NCBI RefSeq assembly: GCF_000372725.1
Contig: NW_005201092.1
Span: forward strand, 294,395-358,394
Length of the DNA: 64,000 nucleotides
Direction of reading: 5' to 3'
From: Emiliania huxleyi CCMP1516
Taxonomy: Eukaryota
This document shows positions 12,501-21,826 of the stretch, in pieces. The notes beneath the pieces are model-generated. The model was not told the origin of the DNA. It searched no databases and saw nothing but the letters and a program-made list of their open reading frames with translations. A program made the position numbers and the translations under genes. The first letter of the stretch is position 1. Each line of letters opens with the position of its first letter.

Positions 12501-12793
12501 CAGCAGCAACTCGACCACCCGCTCGTGGCCGTTGCTGGCGGCGATCATCAGCAGCGTGATGCCGCTCATGCCGCCTCTCTCGCACGTTGCGTCGGCCCGC
12601 CCGCCGCCGTCGAGCCATTCCAGCACCGCCTCCTCCTCGCCTCGCTCAGCCGCTAGCACGGCCGCGTCAGAGCAGCTCGGGGATCCTGCGCCGCTGCTAA
12701 GCTCGCGTCCTCCGGCCGAACTAACGCCGTGCATCATTGCACTCACAATTTGCCTGGGTTCCGGCTCTTTGGTGGGAGGGGCACCCGTCCTCA
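9501..12793 (-). CDS. Ankyrin-repeat + coiled-coil + IRAK/Pelle(RLK)-type kinase + C3HC4 RING protein with RGG tail
   Basis: Single ~1100-aa ORF; ~8 ankyrin repeats (TALILAA..GHERVVELLLRHGAEIN); LDELIAATDGF...VGEGGFGRVY, AVK, HRDVSAGNILLD, ADVGLAR, GKLGYMDP; CDLC...F.CGHALYCEAC...CPACR; start codon uncertain (12869, 12793 or 12737). Confidence 0.9.
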
Positions 12794-13137
12794 TTTTATT
12801 TAGAAAACGAGCGCAAGAGTCCACAGTACTGTACGCGAGCCGAAAGGCGAAACGATCGCGGCCGTGCAACTATTAACCACGGAAACGGGGAGGAGGCGCG
12901 GAGGGCTCGAGAGCCGCGCCTCGGCGGCGGGGTTGCTGGCACCCGCGATGCGGCGCGGCAGAGCGGCGCCATCGGCCGCCCTCCGCCCGCCCTCGCCGAC
13001 ACACGGCGTCGCTCCACCCTGCTCTCCGCTCGTCTCCGCTCTCCCCTCCCCCCCCCCCCCCCCCCCCCCCCGCCTCACCAGCCCGGCGGGGTGAGGGCGC
13101 GGCGGCAAGGGCGAGGGGAGGCAAGGGCGAGGGGAGG

Positions 13138-14957
13138 CTAGTCGCGGATGCCGAGCAGCAGCTTGGTGCGCCTGCGGAGAGGCGCGAGGGGAGAGGAGGG
13201 ATGTGTGGTGGGGGGGGGGGTGGGAGGGGGGGAATGGCATCTCTCTTGCTTGAGGTCTCGGCGACATCTCGGCGACATCTCGGCACATCTCGGCACATCT
13301 CGGCGACATCTCGGCACATCTCGGCGACATCTCGGCGACATCTCGGCGACATCTCGGCGACATCTCGGCGACACCTCGCGCCTGTGGATGGCGTCTTGCG
13401 ACGGGTCGTAGGGGTGCTCCTATGGACATGTCTCGGACATGTCTCGGACATGTCTCGGACATGCGACGGGTCGTAGGGGTGCTCCTATGGAGAGAGATCT
13501 GGGGAGATCTGGGGACATCTGGGGAGATATGGTGGAGATGCGACGGTTCGTAGGGGTGGTGGTCGGGTGCACCAGGCAGGTTGGCGGGACACAAGCAGCT
13601 TCGCATGGGACGACAGTGAGGGTGAGAGAGAGAGACGCAGCACGGCGGGAGGGTGAGAGGGGGGAAGAGGGGGGAAGAGGGGAGGGGGGGGGGGGGGGAA
13701 AGTGGCAGGAGGGGTGTGTTTTTTTCTCTGTCGAGAGGGGGGGGGGGAAGTGGCGGGAGGGGGGCGCTTCCCAATCTCTCCTTGTTGGGGATCTCCAGGA
13801 GGGCGGGGCGTGTGCNNNNNNNNNNNNNNNNNNNNNNNNNNNNNNNNNNNNNNNNNNNNNNNNNNNNNNNNNNNNNNNNNNNNNNNNNNNNNNNNNNNNN
13901 NNNNNNNNNNNNNNNCTCGGCTGCAGGATCTCGGCTGGATCTCGGTTGGATCTCGGCTGGCCCTCACCTCGGCTTGATCTCGCAAGGGCTGCGGCTCTCT
14001 CACTGCCTAGGACGTGTCTAGGACGTGTCTAGGAAGTGTCTGGGACGTGTCTAGGACGTGTCTAGGACGTGTCTGGGAAGTGTCTAGGACGTGTCTGGGA
14101 AGTGTCTGGGACGTGTCTGGGAAGTGTCTAGGACGTGTCGAGCAAGTCTCGCCGGATCATCGTGGCGATGTACTGGTTGATGAGGAGGACGGCGATGTCG
14201 GAGCGGGATGTGAAGCGGGTGAAGGCCTCCTCGATCTGGGGGGAGGAGGAGAGGGGGGGGGCGGGGTGCGAGGGGAGGGGAGGGGGGGGAAAGGAGCGGG
14301 GGAGGGAGGGGGAGGAGGGGAGGAGGGGAGGAGGGCTCAGTCGCGAGTGGCGAGGGTGGCGGCGGCGAGGGTGGCGGCGGCGAGGGAGGGTGTGGCGAGG
14401 GGCGGTGGGCTTGGCGGCGGTGGCGAGGGCGGAGGGGGCGAGGGCGGCGGCGAGGGTGGCGGAGGGGTGGGCAGTGGCGGGCTGGGTGGAGCGGCTGGTG
14501 GGTCGGGGCGCAAGGGCGCGCGGTGGAGAGAGGCTGCTGCGCTCGCCTGCCCCGGGGAGGTCTTGGAGTCGACGATGACGAAGTTGGACGCCTTGCGCGC
14601 GTCGACTGCCGCGGCGGGGAGAGGGCCGCTCGGTCGGAAGGCGGAGAGCGGGCGAGGGCTCCAGCCCAAAGAGGCTGTGTGAGCACGCTGCCGGCCCCAC
14701 AAATTCCCGAGAGAGGAAGGCGCCAGTGCAGCGCCAGGGCGTGCGGCGCGCGGCGCGGCGGCATGCATGTACGTGCAAGGGGCGCGCACTGTTTCCGACG
14801 CCGGCGAGGAGCATCCCGGTGACAGTGTCCTCGTCGCCGATGACGGCGATGAGGGCGTCGTGCAGCTCGAGGTTCTTCTTGGCCTGGGGAGGGCGGGCGG
14901 GAGGACAGTTGGGCGTGGCGTTGCGGACGGGCGGCCCCGGGTGGGCGCTTGCACCAT
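13138..14957 (-). CDS. ATP6V1F: V-type proton ATPase subunit F, multi-exon, interrupted by an N gap
   Basis: Exons: MVQ|AKKNLELHDALIAVIGDEDTVTGMLLAGVGN|VDARKASNFVIVDSKT|IEEAFTRFTSRSDIAVLLINQYIATMIR|...LEIPNK|EHPYDPSQDAIHR|RTKLLLGIRD*. Confidence 0.95.
13816..13915. other. Assembly gap (100 N)
   Basis: Run of n characters. Confidence 1.
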
Positions 14958-15102
14958 GTGTGTTGTATCGCACAAGACACAGCTGGGGATTCCGGTGCTT
15001 TTCCGGGTAGGGGAAAGTTCATTCGAGGGGAAAGTTTTTGCGAGCTGGGGATTCCGGGTTGCTCTGGCTCGCAAAAACTCACGCAATAATTGTCATCACC
15101 CG

Positions 15103-15545
15103 TGAGTGCGAGTTAGGGCTAGCAGGCAGCTAGCCTCTGAGGAGGGTGGCGTCCATAGACACCTCACTAGACCCCACACACGGTCTCGTCCGTGCCTCGC
15201 CGCGGGCGGCGTGATTGCTAGAGGCGGAGCAAGCCTGCTCTAGCCTCGCATGTTACTTGCTGTCGTCTGTTGTTTGTTGTGCCCTTGTTTGTTCCTTTGG
15301 CACCTTGATCCTTGTGGAGTGCGGGGGGGGGGCGGCGACAGGGAGGGAGGATGTGGCCCTGAGTTATGTGTACGCCAACTCAGGGTGTGTGGCAGCCACG
15401 CTGGCTGTGTGTCTTGTGAGCTTGTTTTGTGTCTGTGTGTCGCTCGTGCGTGTCGTCATCATCTGCCCCGCGTCCACCCATAACGCGCTGGTGTCCAGTC
15501 CGAGCCTGACTGACTGTTCTTCACCTTTCTACCTAACCTAACCTG
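15103..15545 (+). mobile_element. Dispersed repeat family A (SINE/LINE 3'-end-like) with short tandem tail
   Basis: Shares GCTAGAGGCGGAGCAAGCCTGCTCTAG...GTGTCCAGTCCGAGCCTG...GTTCTTC with copies at 28073 and 56850, and parts of it with 18926 and 58562; ends in (CCTAA)n. Confidence 0.8.
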
Positions 15546-15865
15546 TTAGATCTATTCTCCCCCCCCCCCCCCCCCCAATGTTACCCCCCCCCCCCTTAAA
15601 AATCAAACCCCATTCCCCCAAAAAACAACCCTTGTTCCCTTCCCCCAGCTAAATACCCGCCATCCCCCGCATGTGTGCGTGAATGAGTATTCCCCACACA
15701 CAAACGTAGAGAGCGGCAGTGCAAAACATTAAAGAAATCACGCGCGTAGGGCCACCGTGAAGGTACATGTACAACTGTACCGGGCCGTGATGAACAGTTG
15801 CAACAGAGTACGTCCTCGTGTGTCCGAGCATTCGTCCCAGCGCGAGCGTCCCAGCGCTGTCCGCC

Positions 15866-16594
15866 ATGGGCGGTTGCCTCACCAGCCGCATCGACGGCAG
15901 CGGCGACGGCATCGACATCTCCAACTGCCGTGCAATCCGCGTGACCCGTCTCTCCCTCTACACCTCGGACGGACGGCTCATGGATGGCGAATCGGCAATC
16001 CAGGCGCTCCACAAAAGCCTGCACATGCTGAATGACGACGCCGCGCCGGTCGGCACCGGCCACCTCGAGACTACCATCTACTCCACCTCCAACGAGGACG
16101 CCGGCATACACAACTCGTGGCTCGTAATATACTCGTCCTACTCGGACCGCATCGAGCGCGGCAAGCGGGACAAAATCGAGCGTAAGCTGCTCGCGACGGT
16201 GCACCAACATGGCCATGCGCCCGGCGAGACGGCAAAGGGACAGCCCTCGCAAGCCAGCACCGAGGAGCATGTCATCCTCTCGGAGATGATTGGCCACGTT
16301 GTGTGGCAGCTCTCGGACCTGACCGAGCTAGGCGACGGGCCCTGGCCGTCGGGCTACGTCAGAATACGCATCAAGCCATCTGAGGCGCACATTCTGCGTA
16401 CTGAGTCCTGCACCTTGACATGCTGTGGGACTGCCATATGGGGATCGGCCCTTCACCATGCATCTTGATCGTCTACCCTCTCGTTGGCTCCGTAGGTCAA
16501 GGCACTGTACGAGCACGTGCGCTCATCCGCCTTTGAGCAGGCGGTGAAGGGGTTTCACGACCTGGTGGACTCGCACAGTCCTGCCGGGCCGTGA
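15866..16594 (+). CDS. Hypothetical protein with N-myristoylation/palmitoylation-like start (MGGC), 2 exons
   Basis: Exon 15866-16384, GC-AG intron 16385-16495, exon 16496-16594 in frame to TGA. Confidence 0.6.
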
Positions 16595-17754
16595 TCAGCA
16601 TGTGTACATCGCAAGTTGTGTGAACAGGTCGACATCGCGCTTATCATCGGCAGCCGGCTGTCCAAGCGATGCCATCCGACGAGAAACCACTTCGCCATCT
16701 AGAGCGTCTCTTCACATATCTGTCTTGCAAACAGGGAATACATTCAGACAGAGTCTGAAATGGGACCGTGCTGGGCGGCGCTCTGCTCCGGCGGCCTGTG
16801 CTCGCCCTTCCGCGACGCAACCTTGCACTTCCGCATCAGTCCGAAGGATCGATACACCAAACCCCGGCCCATTGCGAAGGGCGACCCCTCATGCCGCAAC
16901 GAATTTGATTAGGAGCGCGACACCTTCAGCAAGGTGATTGACATTGAGGTTGTCGGCCAGAAGCTCCTCGAGCTGCTTGTGCAGGGCGTGAGCAAGAGTG
17001 GCACCCTGGAGCCAGCGGAGCTGCACACGGGCGAGCCGTAGCAGTGATCGCCGCGATATCTTTCCGAGATCCACTCTTGTTCATCCATGGCCATGACGCG
17101 TCTGTACAATCATAGGCGAGATCCACTTCTCGTACCATGGTCGTCCCGCCGACGGAGAGGTGTACGCGACGGACTGTGTTATGGCCCACCGGCGACTGCA
17201 CAAAGCGCCGCTCGTCAATGAGGCGACGCCCTTCGTCAAGACGCTGCACAAGAGCAACAACGACCTCCTTCAGCTGGAGGCGTCACAGCTCCGCCAACCC
17301 ATCCGATGGCAATGGCGTGCAATCACAGCCTTAGCTTGCCGTGCCCTGCCCTGATGGGCTGTAGGTACTCGAAATCCAAGAGGAGATGCGCAGGAAGAAG
17401 GAGGTGCTGGAGGCCCTCAAGCCCAGCGAGCCAAACTCGAGCAGCGAGAGAAGCACCATACGGTCCAGCCCGTCAGCGCCGTCGCTGCTGGACATCCTCT
17501 CGAGAGCAAATAGTGGACACGTGCAGTGATCTCTGTAGTAGGTTTAGTATTTGAAGTGCGTGTTTTTTTTGTGAGAGCGCCTTCGTTGTTAATAGTACAA
17601 ACCCAATGGTCCTCTGCGAGCGGTCCTTCGTTGCAGTCGCACACACGCACACGCCACGCCGCACCGCGCGCCTGCCCACCGCCCCGCCCAGGCGGGAAAG
17701 AGATGAGGAGATGGGACAGCAAAGGAGGAAGCACAGGCACGTATGGGAGGGTTC

Positions 17755-17845
17755 AGTAATGCGCCACGCTGCCCGGCGTCTCTCACTTTCCGGGACAGCC
17801 CCGCCCTTGTGAGGCAGGAAAGTGACGGCTACCCCGTACGCCCTG
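17755..17845 (+). repeat. Left copy of an imperfect inverted repeat (partner 18753-18870)
   Basis: ATGCGCCACGC..CCCGGCGT.TCTCACTTTCCGGGACAGCCC...GAAAGTGACGG...ACCCCGTACGCCCTG is present as a reverse complement at 18753-18870. Confidence 0.8.
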
Positions 17846-18022
17846 CGGCCTGCTACTCCGACGCCGACCGCGCATTCCCCCCTCCTCGTTCCCGCCTCGA
17901 AAAAAAAGAAAGAAAGAAGACAGACAACCCAAGGGAGGGATGGGAGGCTCCGTTTTTTTGTCGCTTTTCGTTTTTTCCCCTGCAGCACCAAGAGCCTCTC
18001 ACGCACTGGAGAGCGCGACGGA

Positions 18023-18460
18023 ATGCTCCGCACCCTGGTCTTCGCCGGCATCGCCCTTCAGGGCTTGATGTTTGTGGGCGTCCCGGTCTTCCACATGCTT
18101 ACCGGTGAGCTTCCGGGCCCGATCAAGGACGAGCCGGACCCGCTCAAACAGTGGATCAACGCGCAGATTTTCAACAACTCGGAGCTCACGCAGGAGATGC
18201 TGTACTCCTTCTGGGTGCTGCAGTGGCTGTGCATGGTATCGCTCACAGCTGCGCCGCGCATCCATCGCGTGCTCCCGAGCACTTGGATGGTCTTCTACTA
18301 CTTCTACGTGGCCGGGGTCGAGGAGAAGCGCATGTCCGAGGCGGCCGTGCCAGGACGGTACCCAGTCGAAAACTGGGTCATTCACGGCATCTTCGCGCTC
18401 GTGTGGGTCGGCATCGTCGCGCTCCCGGAGCCGGGAAGCGGCAAAAAGAAGAAGGCGTGA
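18023..18460 (+). CDS. Small multi-pass membrane protein with C-terminal dilysine (ER retrieval-like) motif
   Basis: Intronless 145-aa ORF, 3-4 hydrophobic segments, ends GKKKKA. Confidence 0.75.
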   Translation: MLRTLVFAGIALQGLMFVGVPVFHMLTGELPGPIKDEPDPLKQWINAQIFNNSELTQEMLYSFWVLQWLCMVSLTAAPRIHRVLPSTWMVFYYFYVAGVEEKRMSEAAVPGRYPVENWVIHGIFALVWVGIVALPEPGSGKKKKA

Positions 18461-18586
18461 GCGGTAGGCGGCTCAGTCCTCACGCAGACCGCCAGACCAA
18501 GTGTGTGTATTTCTACAGGCAGTTTGGAGACTCATGCTTGCACCAATCCCTGACCTTGTCTCGTGGGGCAGATCCAGTGGGGCAGG

Positions 18587-18712
<126 letters not shown>

Positions 18713-18752
18713 GTATCTTGACCAGTGACCACTTGATGAGGAGATCTGGCAT

Positions 18753-18870
18753 CAGGGCGTACGGGGTAAGGGTGGTAATGTAGCCGTCAATTCGAGCCCG
18801 TCACTTTCGCTGCCTCGCAACAGGGCGGGCTGTCCCGGAAAGTGAGAAACGCCGGGGTGCGTGGCGCATC
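18753..18870 (-). repeat. Right copy of an imperfect inverted repeat (partner 17755-17845)
   Basis: Reverse complement of the left copy plus an extra internal segment. Confidence 0.8.
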
Positions 18871-18925
18871 TACTTGGGGTACCGGGAGAAAAGCGCAGGC
18901 CCTCGGTGGCAGAAAGAACGACAGA

Positions 18926-19100
18926 AGGTAGGTAGGTAGTAAGGTGAAGAACAGCCAGGCTCGGACTGGACACCAACGCGGTATGGGTGGACGCTGGACA
19001 GATGATGACGACACGCACGAGCGACACACAGACACAAACAAGCTCACAAGACACACAGCCAGCTGGCTGCCACACACCCTGAGTCGGCGTACACATAACT
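18926..19100 (-). mobile_element. Repeat family A, 5'-truncated copy with (TACC)n tail
   Basis: Reverse complement of the family A 3' half. Confidence 0.8.
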
Positions 19101-19213
19101 ACAAGCCGGCCGCCCTTGTGTTTTTCTTCTGTGTTGCACCCCCCTGCCGATGGCCGGATGCATTTGTGGCGCGTGCGTGGTGTCGTCGGCGTGAAAAATT
19201 GGGTGTTTGACTC

Positions 19214-20044
19214 ATGAGCAGCAAGCTGCCGTCGCTTCACGTGAAGGCACTATGCTCACGCCGCGCCGGAAAGGACGAAAGTGGACGCAACTTTGAGCGG
19301 GACTCTCACGAAGCAGTGCAAATCTCAGAGCTCGGAATGGTCGGCTCAGAGGACTGGGCGCTGCGGAACCAAGACACTCTTGGCGAGGAGAACGTCCGAG
19401 CGCGAGCGCTCCTCCTGCAGCTCGAGGCGCACAACGATGCCGTCCTCGCGATGGATGAAGGCCGTCTTCGCCATCCTCTGCCGCTCTCGATTGCCGCCGG
19501 CGCGTGGGGCGAAAACGTGCTTCTGAAAGGAACGGACAGCGAGGGACGGCCGTTGGACGCGGCTGCGATCTGCATCGGCGATATTCTCGAGGCCACTCGA
19601 GGCTCGCTCCGGCTGGAGGTCACCTGCCCTCGTCGGCCATGCTGCAAGGTGGACCAGCAGTTTGGCCAGACGTGGAGAGGTGCAGGCGTTCGCGCTCACA
19701 CCGCTCGGAACGGCATGGCCGGCTTCTTTTGCCGTGTCCTCAAGCCCGGCCGGTTGGCCGCTGGGGACGAGCTGCAGGTGGTCCAGCGGCGACGGCCGGA
19801 GTGGTCACTCAGGCGGGTGAGCGACGTGGTGTACGGCAGGACTAGCGGCCGGACCAGTGTCGCCGACGAAGCAAGCTACAGCATCAGATGCCTCGCGACG
19901 ATCGAGAATTCGGAGGAGATGGATCTGCGCCTGGCGCTTCTGCGGGAGCTGGTGCAGGTGAAGGAACTCGCCGACTTTGAGTGGCGAGACAAGATTCGAG
20001 AGATGCTCCAGCTGCACGAGAGCAGGCGTTGCCTTCTCCAATGA
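19214..20044 (+). CDS. MOSC-domain (YiiM-like) protein
   Basis: GAWGENV, ICIGDI, LEVTCPRRPCCK, GFFCRVLKPGRLAAGDEL, WSL..V; intronless. Confidence 0.88.
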   Translation: MSSKLPSLHVKALCSRRAGKDESGRNFERDSHEAVQISELGMVGSEDWALRNQDTLGEENVRARALLLQLEAHNDAVLAMDEGRLRHPLPLSIAAGAWGENVLLKGTDSEGRPLDAAAICIGDILEATRGSLRLEVTCPRRPCCKVDQQFGQTWRGAGVRAHTARNGMAGFFCRVLKPGRLAAGDELQVVQRRRPEWSLRRVSDVVYGRTSGRTSVADEASYSIRCLATIENSEEMDLRLALLRELVQVKELADFEWRDKIREMLQLHESRRCLLQ

Positions 20045-21333
20045 GAATCGAACCGAATAAATTTAGAGCTGCAGGAAGAGAACAATCACGCAATAAGTAG
20101 TTAGCCAAGGCATGTACGATCTCTCCCTCTCCCTTTTCGCCCACTTCTTTGCCCCCGACCCCACTCCGGTGTGTGTATATGTACCAACTCCTCCCCCGCT
20201 GTACACTTATACAGGTCAGCCGAATTTAAGATTTGAAGGCGGGGCGGCCGTGAGCTGTAAAATCTTGAAAATGTGTGAATTTACAGCTAAAATCCTGCGA
20301 AAATGCGCTCCAGAGCTCTAAAATCTTGGTCTAAAATCTGAAAATCGCCGGCCTGCGGCCGGCCTCTAAAATCTTAAATTCGGCGGACTTGTAGTCGGCC
20401 TCACCAACCTTCACGGGTCTCACAGTCAGCTGTGAGAGCCCTGTGTGAAGAGAGCGCAAGGGGTTGGTGCGTCTGTACCGATGACCGAGACGCGAGAGGT
20501 CGTTGCGTCTCGCGACGCGACGTGTGTGAGTAAATGCACCATTGAGCAAAAACCTGACGAGGCGTGTGTGTGAGTGTGTGTGTGTACTCACTCACACACT
20601 GACGAGGCCTGTACGTATGTATCTAATACTTTCACACCTTTCTGCTAAACCTCGCGAGGGCAGCAAGACTGGTCAATCGCCCTAAACCACACGCGAGGGC
20701 ACCTAAAAACCACACGCCGCGCACACGCCCCGCCATCCGACCAGATCTGCTGCACAGCCTGCCAGCAGGCTGTGCAGCAGACCTGCTGGACACTCAACAC
20801 ACACGCACGCCCGCGCCGCCCGCCCACTGCGCGGCCGACTGCACCCCGCGACAGCCCCGTTCCACCAGGCGAGGCGCGCGTGGCACGCCGCGCGCGCCCC
20901 CGGGCGGCTCGGCCAAGGTGTACTTCACCCCCCCATGCCTGTGTACTCTCTCTGTGCAGCAATACACTCACACACGCCCACGCGGCTCACGCACTGCGCG
21001 ACCGCCCGCGCCCTGAGAAAACAGCAGCCTTACAACACAAGTGAGCACCCAGCTAGCAGCCCGCACGACGCTGCCTGCGCCCTCGCACGTCTGCACCTTC
21101 TCTGTATGAGGTTCTCAGATCTCACCCGCTCTGCGGTCACAAAAAGAAACCCCTCCACACACGCAAAACTCGGGAGATAGCCAGCGTTTGTGCCCCGTTT
21201 GTGCGTTTTATTTTTTAGCCAGCCCGTATAAGATATACGAACTCAAAAGAAAAACGCCGCCTTCCCTCCTTGGGAAAGAATTCAACAAAAAGAACTCCTT
21301 GGGAAAGAAAAAATAGTTATGGAGCGCGGACTA

Positions 21334-21512
21334 ACCCTCGGAGACCCGTGTTTACTTTACGGCCCTTTCCCTGCGAATGCGCACCCCCCCTAGCTAGGGG
21401 TCAGGGCTCTCTAGCCCGTAGCCCGATGCCGATCATCCGGCTCGCTGTGGGTGCGCTTCTTAGCTCCCTGGCCCTGGATGTGAGGTTGATGACTGCACTC
21501 CAAGTGCTCCAA
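21334..21512 (+). mobile_element. Dispersed repeat family C (retro-element 3'-end-like) ending CCAAGTGCTCCAAGT
   Basis: Homologous to reverse-strand copies at 33176-33335 and 38634-38748 and a partial copy at 31775-31825 (GGGTGCGCTTCTTAGCTCC core). Confidence 0.7.
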
Positions 21513-21826
21513 GTATGGCGTACAGCCCTTCGGGCACCTTTGTGATTTGTTTGCACCTCTGTAGATTCGCAACCTCCCCCTGGGACACGAAAACAGGCGT
21601 AGTGTGTGTAGCACCGCTGCCAACGAAAATTTGGGGCGTCACACAGACAGCGAGATAAGGATCAACTGGAACTCACCAGTCCGATAAGGATCAACTGGAA
21701 GGCTGAACCCTGGGCTTAGACAGAACGGGCGAGGTAGGCTCCAAGGGAGACCACGCTCTACCCAAGGCGCCAAGATTGAGTGCGTTTTACGCGTGCTACT
21801 GTATGACTACGACCTCTCTCTACGCT

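Noticed and set aside
16889..17354. Short ORFs on both strands
   Set aside because: No domain and no consistent splice model; strand could not be determined
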